In this document: in pieces, positions 35,530 through 45,280 of the stretch | Layout: each line of letters begins with the position of its first letter | Numbering within the stretch: position 1 is the first letter of the stretch | Origin: an uncultured Candidatus Saccharibacteria bacterium | GTDB taxonomy: Bacteria; Patescibacteriota; Minisyncoccia; Phycocordibacterales; WO2-35-19 | Direction of reading: 5' to 3' | NCBI GenBank assembly: GCA_964489135.1 | Contig: CAZAXK010000001.1 | Location: 20,615 to 84,614 of the forward strand | DNA: 64,000 nt | Notes under the pieces: generated by a model | Told to the model about the DNA's origin: nothing | The model's input: the letters and a program-made list of their open reading frames with translations, nothing else | The model's database searches: none | Program-made: the position numbers and the translations under genes

Positions 35530-36609
35530 ATGACCATAGATATAGTAAAGATATTTTTGCCATCAGTGCTCGCTTTCATCTGTGGTGTTTTAATGACTCC
35601 GCCTCTCACCAACTTTCTCTACAAATACAAAATGTGGAAGAAGAAGGCGGGCAAGTTGGATGTCTTGGGCAATGACGCGCCTATTTTCAACCAGCTCCAC
35701 AAAGAGACTCAGGTCAACACACCCCGCATGGGAGGGGTAGTAGTATGGGGCTCTACTTTTTTGGTTATCGCACTGATTTGGATACTAGCAGAGTTTAGTG
35801 GCAATCAATCACTAATAAATCTTGATATACTTTCTCGCAACCAAACTTGGATTCCTCTCGCAACCCTCATGATCGGAGCATTCGTTGGGCTAATCGACGA
35901 CTACTTGGTCACAAGACCAGTCGATGGCGCTTACGAAGCTGGTGGTTTGAGACTCAGAAACCGGCTTACTATTGTAGGCGTCATTGCACTACTTTGCGCA
36001 CTTTGGTTTTTCTTCAAACTGGATGTGGAGACAATTGGCAGCTTCGGTCGGATACTACCCGAGATTTATCTAGGATACTTGTTCATACCATTCTTTGTTA
36101 TAGTCATTCTCGGAATCTACGCCGGTGGTGTAATAGATGGTATTGATGGCCTCTCGGGTGGAGTGTTCGCCTCGATGTTTGCCGCTTATGGCGGTATTGC
36201 ATTTTACCAGCAACAATATGACTTAGCGGCCTTCTGTGCCACGGTACTCGGAGCAATACTCGCCTTTCTTTGGTTCAACATCCCACCTGCGCGGTATTAT
36301 ATGTCCGACACTGGCATGATGGGCCTTACCATCACACTTGGAATTGTGGCCTTTATGACTGATTCGCTTGGTGGGGGTTTTGGTATCTTTGTCCTACCAA
36401 TTATCGCTCTCCCCCTGGTTATCACGGTCGGCTCAAACATCATTCAAATAATTTCGAAGAAGTTTCGAGGCAAAAAAGTATTCCTAGTTGCACCCCTCCA
36501 TCACCACTTCGAAGCGATCGGCTGGCCTTCCTATAAAGTAACGATGCGGTATTGGATATTCGGAGCTGTATCGGCCATACTTGGTATTATCCTCGCACTC
36601 ATCGGGTAG
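35530..36609 (+). CDS. mraY: phospho-N-acetylmuramoyl-pentapeptide-transferase
   Basis: Polytopic membrane protein with the MraY/WecA DD..D and IDGIDGL motifs. Confidence 0.9.
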   Translation: MTIDIVKIFLPSVLAFICGVLMTPPLTNFLYKYKMWKKKAGKLDVLGNDAPIFNQLHKETQVNTPRMGGVVVWGSTFLVIALIWILAEFSGNQSLINLDILSRNQTWIPLATLMIGAFVGLIDDYLVTRPVDGAYEAGGLRLRNRLTIVGVIALLCALWFFFKLDVETIGSFGRILPEIYLGYLFIPFFVIVILGIYAGGVIDGIDGLSGGVFASMFAAYGGIAFYQQQYDLAAFCATVLGAILAFLWFNIPPARYYMSDTGMMGLTITLGIVAFMTDSLGGGFGIFVLPIIALPLVITVGSNIIQIISKKFRGKKVFLVAPLHHHFEAIGWPSYKVTMRYWIFGAVSAILGIILALIG

Positions 36610-36631
36610 TGGTTTGTGTTAGAATAATTGC

Positions 36632-37762
36632 ATGCCGAAAGGCCGAGAAAAAATAAATAGACCTTTTTTGTTCCTGACAATTCTTCTGGCGGTTGGCGGT
36701 TTTTTTATTTTTAGCTCGGCCTCCTTGGGTATCCTTGCGCAAAATCCTCTCAAGTTTTCGAGCGTCGCATTTAGCCAACTTTTCTTAGGATTGTTCCTAG
36801 GGTCAATCGCTTGTCTACTCACAGCACGGATCGACTACCATATTTGGAAAAAGTTTTCTATATTCATTTTTATTTTTTCTATTTTGATAACACTCCTTGT
36901 TTTCATACCACAACTCAGCTTGCCACACGGCGGAGCCAATCGCTGGATTGATCTTGGGGTCATAACCTTTCAGCCCTCAGAGTTGCTTAAGCTCGGTTTT
37001 ATTATCTACTTCGCCGCTTGGGGTTCGGCCTTCAAACAAAAAATCGGAACTTTCAATTGGGGACTTTTGCCCTTCATTATTTTGGTATCGATTGTGGGAG
37101 TTGTCCTTTTGGCCCAGCCGGATACCGACACTTTCGCCGTTATCGTGTTTTCGGCCTTGGCCATGTATCTCTCCGCGGGTGCAAAATGGAAACACATCCT
37201 GACGATCCTAATTTTCGGGGTAGTGTGCCTCGCCGGACTCGCCTTTATGAGGCCCTATGTCATGCAACGTATTACTTCCATGCTCAAGCCAGCCGAAAAC
37301 ACTTTAACCACAAGTTACCAACTACGTCAATCGCTCATTGCCGTCGGCTCGGGCGGTGTCTGGGGTAGGGGATTCGGCCAAAGCGTTCAGAAATTTGCAT
37401 ATCTACCAGAACCAGTCGGCGACTCTGTCTTTGCTGTGGCGGCCGAGGAATTCGGCTTTGTCGGGGGCAGTGCTATCATGCTCACTTTTGTTTTGTTTGG
37501 CCTTTACGGACTCAAGATCGCCTCTGGCGCACCAGACGAATTCGGTAGACTTCTCTCGATCGGCATTGTTATACTTATTGTGTCGCAGGCCTTTGTAAAT
37601 ATAGGGGGGATGATCGGCGTTTTACCCCTTACCGGGATCCCTTTGCCATTTATTAGCCACGGGGGGACGGCATTATTTATTACACTTGTGGAGGCCGGCA
37701 TCGTAATGAACATTTCCCGCTACTCTAAACAGATTCGACCATTAAAAAATAAGGAAAATTGA
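36632..37762 (+). CDS. ftsW: SEDS family peptidoglycan glycosyltransferase (FtsW/RodA)
   Basis: 10-TM SEDS topology with conserved QPSELLK, and the GGMIGVLPLTGIPLPFISHGGT C-terminal motif. Confidence 0.9.
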   Translation: MPKGREKINRPFLFLTILLAVGGFFIFSSASLGILAQNPLKFSSVAFSQLFLGLFLGSIACLLTARIDYHIWKKFSIFIFIFSILITLLVFIPQLSLPHGGANRWIDLGVITFQPSELLKLGFIIYFAAWGSAFKQKIGTFNWGLLPFIILVSIVGVVLLAQPDTDTFAVIVFSALAMYLSAGAKWKHILTILIFGVVCLAGLAFMRPYVMQRITSMLKPAENTLTTSYQLRQSLIAVGSGGVWGRGFGQSVQKFAYLPEPVGDSVFAVAAEEFGFVGGSAIMLTFVLFGLYGLKIASGAPDEFGRLLSIGIVILIVSQAFVNIGGMIGVLPLTGIPLPFISHGGTALFITLVEAGIVMNISRYSKQIRPLKNKEN

Positions 37763-37778
37763 AAATTTAGAAACAATT

Positions 37779-38912
37779 ATGAAAATAGTTTTTACAGGCG
37801 GAGGTACGGGGGGACACTTTTATCCGATCATTGCCATTATTGAATCCATAAAGAAGATCTGCAAAGAAAAGAAAATTATCACTCCGAAGATGTACTTCTT
37901 TTCGGTTTCGCCCTATAGCCAAGGCATTCTTTATGACCACGATATTGAATTCAAGAAGGTGACTGCTGGTAAAATAAGACGGTACTTCTCGATAAAAAAC
38001 TTTTTTGACCTCTTCAAAACTTTGTGGGGATCAATCAGCACCTTTTTCGACCTGTTCGACATTTTTCCCGATGTAGTCTTTGGTAAGGGAGGATATGCGA
38101 GCTTCCCAACGTTACTTGCGGCGAGAATTCTGCGTATCCCAGTTTTCATTCACGAATCGGATTCGACCCCTGGCTTGGTAAATAAATGGGCTGGTCATTT
38201 TGCCAAGCGCATTGCCGTTTCCTACAAACAAGCCACCGCCTTCTTCCCAGAAAATCGCACCGCCTACACGGGCCAACCGATACTTGCTGAACGGCTTACG
38301 CCGCTAACCGAAGGAGTTTTTGAATTTTTCGACTTTCATGAAAGCACTCCAACCATTTTTATCATGGGCGGCTCTCAAGGGTCAGAAACTCTCAATAACA
38401 TTGTCATGGATTCTCTGCCCGAATTGGTAAAGAACTTTCAAATAATCCACCAAACCGGTGAGAACAATATCAGCGTAATAAAAGAATCAGCTGACGCCAT
38501 ATTGCTCGACAGTCCGAACAAAAAGAATTACAAACCTTTCGGCTACCTCAGCTCACTTGAGATGAGTATGGCCTCCGGTTGCGCCTCACTCGTAGTGAGC
38601 CGAGCGGGCTCTACCATATTTGAGATTGCTTCGTGGGGCAAGCCGGCCATCATCGTTCCCATCCCCGAAAAGACGAGCCACGACCAGACCAAGAACGCTT
38701 ATGCCTACGCCTCGACCGGCTCCGCTTCAGTCATAGAAGAAGACAACCTCAGACCCAACATCTTCCTCTCCGAAATTCACCGAATTCTCGAAAACAAAGA
38801 TTTGTATCAAAAGATGTCTGTCGCCGCCAAGGCCTTCTTTAAGCCCGACGCTGCTGACATGATCGCAAAGGAATTGCTGTCAATCGCTCTAGGACACGAG
38901 AATTTGGGATAG
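37779..38912 (+). CDS. murG: undecaprenyldiphospho-muramoylpentapeptide beta-N-acetylglucosaminyltransferase
   Basis: MKIVFTGGGTGGHFYP N-terminal G-loop and C-terminal GT28 domain. Confidence 0.9.
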   Translation: MKIVFTGGGTGGHFYPIIAIIESIKKICKEKKIITPKMYFFSVSPYSQGILYDHDIEFKKVTAGKIRRYFSIKNFFDLFKTLWGSISTFFDLFDIFPDVVFGKGGYASFPTLLAARILRIPVFIHESDSTPGLVNKWAGHFAKRIAVSYKQATAFFPENRTAYTGQPILAERLTPLTEGVFEFFDFHESTPTIFIMGGSQGSETLNNIVMDSLPELVKNFQIIHQTGENNISVIKESADAILLDSPNKKNYKPFGYLSSLEMSMASGCASLVVSRAGSTIFEIASWGKPAIIVPIPEKTSHDQTKNAYAYASTGSASVIEEDNLRPNIFLSEIHRILENKDLYQKMSVAAKAFFKPDAADMIAKELLSIALGHENLG

Positions 38913-38947
38913 GTGAGGAGGGCGATAATTTGTGCTAAAATGAGTTT

Positions 38948-40297
38948 ATGGAAGCGCAAAAAAAGATTATCGTCCGATATCCGCCGAGCCCGACTGGATT
39001 GTTGCATGTAGGAAATGTCAGGACCCTGCTTTTTAATTATCTTTTTGCCAAGAAAAACAGCGGACAAATCGTTTTCCGCCTCGAAGATACCGACAAAGAA
39101 AGGTCCAAGGAAGAATACGCAAACGACATAATCGACAACCTGAAGTGGCTCGGGATAGAGCCGGATTTTTCTACCACTGTGCGTCAATCAGACCGAACAG
39201 ACGTCTACAAAAAATACCTGACCAAATTGATTGAAGAAGGCAAGGCCTATCTTTCCAAAGAAGAGTTTACTGAAGAAGGCCAGAGGGCGGAAGTTATACG
39301 GTTCAAGAATCCAAATACGAAAATAAAATTTCACGACCTCATAAGAGGAGATATAGAATTCGACACTTCGGATCTGAAGGATTTTGTTATTGCTAAAAGT
39401 CTCGATGAACCAATCTACCACATGGCCGTAGTTGTCGATGACTTCGAAATGGGAGTGACACATATAATACGGGGTGACGACGGAATATCGAATACTCCGA
39501 GACAGATACTTATTCAGGAAGCTATAGGCGCTCCTCGACCAATATACGCGCATGTACCACTCGTCTTGGCTGAAGACAAATCCAAGCTTTCTAAGCGCAA
39601 ACATGGAGAGTTTGTTTCCGTATCGTATTACAAAACAGCTGGCTACCTACCGGAAGCAATGGTTAATTTCCTCGCTCTCATTGGTTGGAACCCTGGCACA
39701 GAACAAGAGATTTTTAGCAAGGAAGAATTGATCAATAATTTTGATATTGAAAGGGTCCAGAAAAAAAGTGGCATATTCAATATCGAAAAGCTCAATTGGA
39801 TCAACCGTGAGCACATTCTTCGACAGAGTGCCGAAGAAAATTTTTCAATTTTCAATTTTCAATTTTCAAAAACGAAGTGGTGTGACCATCCCAAAAGCCA
39901 AAACGAGGAATTTATGCATAAATTTATGCAAATTCTTATCGACCGAATCCATCGTTGGGGCGAGGTTTCCGAACTACTGGAGGCGGGGGAATATGATTAT
40001 CTTTTTGATCTTCCCACTTACGAAGCCCCATTACTGGTCTGGAAGAAGTCCAACCAAGAAAAGGCCAGAGGCCACCTGACAAGAATGCTCGAAATCATTA
40101 CCGAATCAGAAAATATCGACCTTGCTTGGCAAGAGATATTTGAATACGCCGAAAAAGAGGGGAAAGGGGACGTGCTCTGGCCACTCCGCACTGCCCTATC
40201 GGGCAGGGAAAAATCTCCCGACCCACATACTCTTATAATGATATTGGGCAAGGAAGAGACGCAACAACGAATCCAAAATGCCTTATCCAAACTATAA
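38948..40297 (+). CDS. gltX: glutamyl-tRNA synthetase (with in-frame TTTTCAA microsatellite insertion)
   Basis: HIGH-like PSPTGLLHVGN and KLSKR (KMSKS) motifs; 449 aa. TAAAAT at 38936-38941 lies 6 nt before the ATG. Confidence 0.9.
   Translation: MEAQKKIIVRYPPSPTGLLHVGNVRTLLFNYLFAKKNSGQIVFRLEDTDKERSKEEYANDIIDNLKWLGIEPDFSTTVRQSDRTDVYKKYLTKLIEEGKAYLSKEEFTEEGQRAEVIRFKNPNTKIKFHDLIRGDIEFDTSDLKDFVIAKSLDEPIYHMAVVVDDFEMGVTHIIRGDDGISNTPRQILIQEAIGAPRPIYAHVPLVLAEDKSKLSKRKHGEFVSVSYYKTAGYLPEAMVNFLALIGWNPGTEQEIFSKEELINNFDIERVQKKSGIFNIEKLNWINREHILRQSAEENFSIFNFQFSKTKWCDHPKSQNEEFMHKFMQILIDRIHRWGEVSELLEAGEYDYLFDLPTYEAPLLVWKKSNQEKARGHLTRMLEIITESENIDLAWQEIFEYAEKEGKGDVLWPLRTALSGREKSPDPHTLIMILGKEETQQRIQNALSKL
39842..39869 (+). 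repeat. (TTTTCAA)x4 tandem heptamer repeat inside gltX coding sequence
   Basis: TTTTCAATTTTCAATTTTCAATTTTCAA in frame (encodes NFSIFNFQF). Flanked by CGAAG direct repeats. The same heptamer family is seen at 18500-18571. Confidence 0.7.
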
Positions 40298-41552
40298 AAA
40301 AACATTTGCGCTGTTTTTGGCGGTTATCTTTTTTTTAACCAATTGGTCATGGGTTTTTGCGCAGACGGAAGGTGAATTGCGAAGTAAAATCGAAGATCAT
40401 AATACAACTATCAAGAAAATCGAGGAGGAGATAAAATCCTACGAAAAGCAGGTAGACGCCGTGGGTACGCAAGCCAAAACATTAAAAAATGCGATTACTG
40501 AGCTCGAGCTCAGTCAAAAAAAGCTCAACGCGGAAATCCGCAAAAGCGAAGCAAGCATTGCGAAGTCGAACCTTCGTATAAAAGAATTGAGTGGCCAAAT
40601 GACCACCACCGAAGAAAAGATGTCGGTAAACTCGCAGGCCGTCGCTTCAACCTTAAATGCCATGAGGCAAAGTGAGGAACAATCTCTCATTGAGGAAATC
40701 CTTAGCAATCAAAGTATTTCTGAGGTCTTAGACAATTACGAGTCAATTAGCCAGTTCCAAAAGGAGATCCGAGCGCGATCAAAGGAGCTCGCCGTCTTCA
40801 AGGAAGATCTGGCTGATAAAAAAGAAGCGACTGAAAGCGAAAAGGCCAAACTTCTCTCGCTCCAATCAGAGCTCAAAGACCAATACAAGATACTCGACAA
40901 CAGCAAGAAGGAGCGCAACAACCTACTTGCTGTAACCAAAAACCAAGAAGCTGAATACAAGAAAATGCTTGCCCAAAAACAAGCCGAGAAAGCCCGTTTC
41001 GAAAAGGAGCTTTTTGATTTCGAATCTCAGCTCAAGCGAGTCATCGATCCCAAAAGCTACCCGAGTGCTAAAACGGGAGTTCTATCGTGGCCACTAGATG
41101 ATGTCTACATTACCCAAGCGTTTGGCAGAACAGTTGACGCGAAGCGATTGTATACATCAGGCACCCACAACGGCATTGATTTTAGGGCTAGTCGTGGGAC
41201 ACCCATAAAATCAGTTTACTCAGGGGTAGTTGAGGCCACCGGCAACACTGACGAACAGCGTGGGTGCTATTCTTATGGCAAGTGGGTCTTGATCAAGCAC
41301 CCGAACGGCCTTTCAAGTCTTTATGCCCACCTCGACCTCATAAAGGTGGTGCCCAACCAGTCAGTTAGTGTAGGTGAGCTTATCGGCTACTCAGGCCAGA
41401 CCGGCTACGCGACTGGTCCCCATCTTCACCTCACACTTTTGGCGAGCCAAGGCGTAGTGGTCCAAAAGTACTCTTCGAGTAAAAATTGCAAGAATGTCGT
41501 AATACCGATGTCTGACCCGTCCGCTTACTTGGACCCAACACCATATTTCTAA
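40278..41552 (+). CDS. M23 family metallopeptidase with N-terminal coiled coil (EnvC/LytM-like murein hydrolase/activator)
   Basis: Signal peptide, ~250-aa coiled-coil region, C-terminal LytM domain with HNGIDF and GYSGQTGYATGPHLH motifs. Start overlaps the gltX 3' end. Confidence 0.8.
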   Translation: MPYPNYKKTFALFLAVIFFLTNWSWVFAQTEGELRSKIEDHNTTIKKIEEEIKSYEKQVDAVGTQAKTLKNAITELELSQKKLNAEIRKSEASIAKSNLRIKELSGQMTTTEEKMSVNSQAVASTLNAMRQSEEQSLIEEILSNQSISEVLDNYESISQFQKEIRARSKELAVFKEDLADKKEATESEKAKLLSLQSELKDQYKILDNSKKERNNLLAVTKNQEAEYKKMLAQKQAEKARFEKELFDFESQLKRVIDPKSYPSAKTGVLSWPLDDVYITQAFGRTVDAKRLYTSGTHNGIDFRASRGTPIKSVYSGVVEATGNTDEQRGCYSYGKWVLIKHPNGLSSLYAHLDLIKVVPNQSVSVGELIGYSGQTGYATGPHLHLTLLASQGVVVQKYSSSKNCKNVVIPMSDPSAYLDPTPYF

Positions 41553-41583
41553 ATTAAATTAAAAATTTTTTTAAAAATAATTT

Positions 41584-41775
41584 TTGCAAAAAATGAAAAA
41601 TCAAAATAGGGGATTTATAAAAATCACAATCATACTGGTCGTCGCGCTAGTCCTACTCAAGTATGTCTACGACATAGATGTGATAGGCAAGGTCTACGAA
41701 GGATGGCTCTGGATTTGGGGCAGGTACGGAGACTCGATCATGAATGCATGGGAGTGGATAAAGAACAAGATCTAG
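41584..41775 (+). CDS. possible small membrane protein (63 aa)
   Basis: One TM helix (ITIILVVALVLL), Trp-rich C-terminus. No homology recognisable by eye. Confidence 0.3.
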   Translation: MQKMKNQNRGFIKITIILVVALVLLKYVYDIDVIGKVYEGWLWIWGRYGDSIMNAWEWIKNKI

Positions 41776-41965
41776 CAACACGGCTCAAATCAAGAGCGCT
41801 ACATTCGCCCTATAGTATACTACCCAAAAGATATATTGTGCGACGTTACTAATCTTTGGTAGTCGGCCACCCCCTTAGTCATTACACAGCCCAAAATTTT
41901 TTCTCGCCAAAATTTATTTTTTAACATTCTTCCCTATTAAGAAAGCTCACCCATGCCAAGCAAAA

Positions 41966-42043
41966 CAAAAAGCCCCCTGTTTGGCACAGAGGGGCTTTTT
42001 GTTTTTGGCAGGATAGGGGCCATGCGACCCCCTGCCCTACCCT
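41966..42043. terminator. two adjacent hairpins forming a bidirectional terminator between convergent genes
   Basis: AAAAAGCCCCCTGTTTGGCACAGAGGGGCTTTTTGTTTTT (hairpin with A/T runs on both sides) followed by GGCAGGATAGGGGCCATGCGACCCCCTGCC (nested stems GGCAGG/CCTGCC and AGGGG/CCCCT). Confidence 0.55.
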
Positions 42044-42049
42044 TGGATC

Positions 42050-42448
42050 TTATCTATTGACAATGAAGTCGTTGTAGGCCAGAGTTTTGCTCCAGCAAGC
42101 GCCTGAGGACTTCCATGGGCGCACACCATACTTATCGAAAATATATCTCGCATAAGCGGTATTGCCTTCGATCGTAAGGATGTCGAATCCGAGCTTCTTG
42201 GCATCTTCGCCATGATAGTACTCGTTGATCTGCATCACTCCGCGATCGAGCGAATTGACTTCGCCACGTAGGACTTCACCGTTCACATCATACTGCCTGA
42301 ATCGAGATTCGCATTTCGCGATCTCGACCATAACCGGTATGTCGGAGAAATAATTTCTCACATACTCTTCGGCAGTCATTTGTTTCGCTTCGACTGCGAC
42401 CGGCTCATTGCTGAGCGAGGCCGGAATCGAAACTTGATTAGAATTCAA
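42050..42448 (-). CDS. secreted lytic transglycosylase-like (SLT/GH23-fold) lysozyme; frame open upstream to 42538 and encodes a signal-peptide-like segment
   Basis: Catalytic-Glu context AKCESRF, and GVMQINEYYHG resembling the SLT GLMQI motif. The ORF-track start at 42448 is a TTG codon. The in-frame upstream sequence KLNNWLIFGTTALGLLVIAGSISGTL is signal-peptide-like but contains no ATG/GTG. Confidence 0.55.
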   Translation of the reverse strand: MNSNQVSIPASLSNEPVAVEAKQMTAEEYVRNYFSDIPVMVEIAKCESRFRQYDVNGEVLRGEVNSLDRGVMQINEYYHGEDAKKLGFDILTIEGNTAYARYIFDKYGVRPWKSSGACWSKTLAYNDFIVNR

Positions 42449-42783
42449 AGTACCACTTATGCTACCTGCAATGACAAGTAGCCCTAGAGCTGTAGTTCCA
42501 AAAATAAGCCAATTGTTTAATTTTAATCCACACTGCCCTTACCCAAACAGACCTTACACCAAGAGCGTGCGGGAGGTGAAAAGTGAAAGAATCGGAGCGC
42601 GACTCATAAAGTTTGCCCCGCTTTGACACTCTTCGCCTCTCTCATATCTGGCTAAGCGCCTTTCCTGCATAGCAGGATCAGCTCTGCCCAGATAAGCAAA
42701 AATCCAGCATTCACTGGACCTGCTATAATAATAGCACTTTTAACTCTTGCTGTCAATAGTAAAGTGTGGTCTAATTTTGGACC

Positions 42784-45276
42784 CTAAAATTCGATAAAAT
42801 TGGGGTTTAGAGCAAAGTTGGCTGTTACAGTTTTGGCCGAGCTCATAGTAACCGTGCAAGTTCCCGTGCCCGGACACGATCCACCGCCCTGCACCGTCCA
42901 ACCAGTGAATATTCTACCTGAAGCCGGTGTCGCCGTGAGGACAACGTTGGTATCTTGGTCAAAATCTTTCGAACATGTGCCACCACAATCAATTCCCGAT
43001 GGGGAGCTGGTTACCCTTCCCTGCCCTGACTTTAGCACCGTGAGCCCGTACTGATTGGGCACCTGCACACTAACTCTCACGCTATCAACCGAATTAATAC
43101 CGCTCGGCAGGCAGGTTAGGGTGTAAGTTTTATCGCCCGTCAGATTGCCAGATGAGCGACTGCCTGAAGTGCCGGTCCAGCCCGTATCGACAGAACATGA
43201 AGTAGCATTGGTTGAGGTCCAACTTATAGTAGAAGCTGTGTTGTATGGTACAGAGAGCGGACTAGCGGTGATATCAGCGACTGCCGATACGGGCGCGGTG
43301 ACTGTTATATTCCCCAATGAATTCGATTGGGCACAAATATTGGATGAGGAACCGGCAACGTTGGTACAAGATACCGGGAAGGTTCCACCGGTATTGCCCG
43401 CGGTACAATTAAAGTTTGCCGTTGTGCGGGTGGTATTACCGCTATCCCAACTCGAGAAAGCACAGGACGCTCCACCAGATGTCGTCACACCGACAGCATC
43501 GATACCTCTTACCCCATAATCACACTTTACCGTAAATGCCTCGCCAGCCGATAGACTAGTTTTGGAAATACTACTCTTAGAGCTATTGTAGTTTAGAACG
43601 GCGCAGACTGGTGTATCGCCACAAGCATAGGCAACTCCCCCGCTTGCATTACGCACTTGCCAAGTACGGCCGACTTTATCCACAAATCTATATGGCTGAC
43701 CCCAGAGTATGCCGTTGTCTGCACCTTGATCACTCCACCCAGACCAACCGCTACTACGATTTATATTATAAACCCAATTACCGTTAGCCCACGTCGTCTT
43801 TAGAGCAACATTAAGAGACCAGCCAAGAGATAAGTTGAGAGGAAGCGAGGTAACGGCACCAATACCCGTCCAACTCGAATCAAAGTTACAATTGCTATTG
43901 CCGTTAAATTTGCAACTCTGAACATAGGCATTGGTAGTAGCTCCTTGTCCTCCCACAGCGATCACGATCGCATCTTTATATTGGCTGTCTAGAGTACTGC
44001 CGACATATATGCCGACTGGCTGGTAATCAGTCGCCCCTCGATCGTGCAAATATCGCCAAGTGCCATCGCAAACGGCTACCGTTGTTGACTGTGGCATGGT
44101 ACACTTTGCCTCGAAAGCATTTCCATTGCGACGCACTTCCATAATCCTCCCGCTAGAATCAGTAGCACTCTGGGTTGCACCGATAGCACCGGAGTTTGTT
44201 GCCCAACCATATATAGCAGGATATCCGTAAGCGCCTGTATTCGGCATAGTAACCTGATAATCCCAAGTACAAGTGTCACTCATACCATTTAGATACCTAC
44301 AAAATGTTGAGAAATTGCCGAAAGCCGTAGTAAGCTGATTGTACTGGGTATAATATCGCCCATTGTAAGTTGCTTTGAAATACTTTTCGTTGTTGGTAGC
44401 GCCATTGTTCCAAAGTATCCAAGGACCAGAACTTATATCTGGAATAGTGCCCGGCGGTATCTCACGCCACGTCGCATCGCAAACTACTTTGCGCGAGGCC
44501 TTAACAGTGACGGAATAGGTAATGATCTTGGGACATTCGGGATTGTCGCTATCATATGCCTTAATGTCCACACTGTATGTTCCAGGAGTGGTCGTGCGCG
44601 GAGTGATAAACATCGTCCCTGGGGTAGCACCGTTCGAAGTATTCACATTGTAGGTAGAGTCGGAGGTACACGTTGCCCCAACCGGACAGTTTACTATCTT
44701 GGTTATTACAGCAACATCATTCTTCTTAGGTCCACTTGTAATAGAAAAGCTAAGCGGTATCGCCTCATCAATATAACCAGAAACGCTAGTACCTCCCGCG
44801 GCGGTAATATCGAAAACTCCGGTTGGACAAGTTTCTTGTGTGGTTCCGTCGCCACTACTCCCCCCCGAAGTATAGGTAGTTACTCGGCCACAAGGAGCAG
44901 AGCCCAGACTACAGCTCGTGTTGGAGTATGCGTAACTACACCAAGGATTCGAGCAGGCCGATCCAGAAATATATTTGCCAGAATAATTACAATATACTGA
45001 GCACTCACAATACTGTGTTGTGACCGTCTCTCCTGTAGCGGCATCAGTGCTAGATCTAGTCTGACAGTTGACCCATTGCCCAGTGGGACAAACCGGTGCG
45101 GGGGCGGTTGAGGTGTACACACAAGTGCCTACGTCCTCGCAAGTATATCCGGTACATTGCACAGCAGATACTTCGGTAAAGTTCGAAAGGAATCCTCCAA
45201 CAACAAACATTCCTAGGATAATCACAGGCACGAAGATTCGATAATGCACAAAAAAGGATTTGAGTTTTTCTTTCAT
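42784..45276 (-). CDS. large secreted Cys/Thr/Ser/Gly-rich surface protein with C-terminal divergent InlB B-repeat-like domains
   Basis: N-terminal TM/signal (FVHYRIFVPVIILGMFVVGGFL), then about 60 Cys in 830 aa. The C-terminal ~150 aa contain two copies of the G..RV.SSP.GIDCG..C...F......VTLTA.P..G..F.GW...C.G...C.V.M...K.VTA.F pattern. Confidence 0.7.
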   Translation of the reverse strand: MKEKLKSFFVHYRIFVPVIILGMFVVGGFLSNFTEVSAVQCTGYTCEDVGTCVYTSTAPAPVCPTGQWVNCQTRSSTDAATGETVTTQYCECSVYCNYSGKYISGSACSNPWCSYAYSNTSCSLGSAPCGRVTTYTSGGSSGDGTTQETCPTGVFDITAAGGTSVSGYIDEAIPLSFSITSGPKKNDVAVITKIVNCPVGATCTSDSTYNVNTSNGATPGTMFITPRTTTPGTYSVDIKAYDSDNPECPKIITYSVTVKASRKVVCDATWREIPPGTIPDISSGPWILWNNGATNNEKYFKATYNGRYYTQYNQLTTAFGNFSTFCRYLNGMSDTCTWDYQVTMPNTGAYGYPAIYGWATNSGAIGATQSATDSSGRIMEVRRNGNAFEAKCTMPQSTTVAVCDGTWRYLHDRGATDYQPVGIYVGSTLDSQYKDAIVIAVGGQGATTNAYVQSCKFNGNSNCNFDSSWTGIGAVTSLPLNLSLGWSLNVALKTTWANGNWVYNINRSSGWSGWSDQGADNGILWGQPYRFVDKVGRTWQVRNASGGVAYACGDTPVCAVLNYNSSKSSISKTSLSAGEAFTVKCDYGVRGIDAVGVTTSGGASCAFSSWDSGNTTRTTANFNCTAGNTGGTFPVSCTNVAGSSSNICAQSNSLGNITVTAPVSAVADITASPLSVPYNTASTISWTSTNATSCSVDTGWTGTSGSRSSGNLTGDKTYTLTCLPSGINSVDSVRVSVQVPNQYGLTVLKSGQGRVTSSPSGIDCGGTCSKDFDQDTNVVLTATPASGRIFTGWTVQGGGSCPGTGTCTVTMSSAKTVTANFALNPNFIEF

Positions 45277-45280
45277 AATG

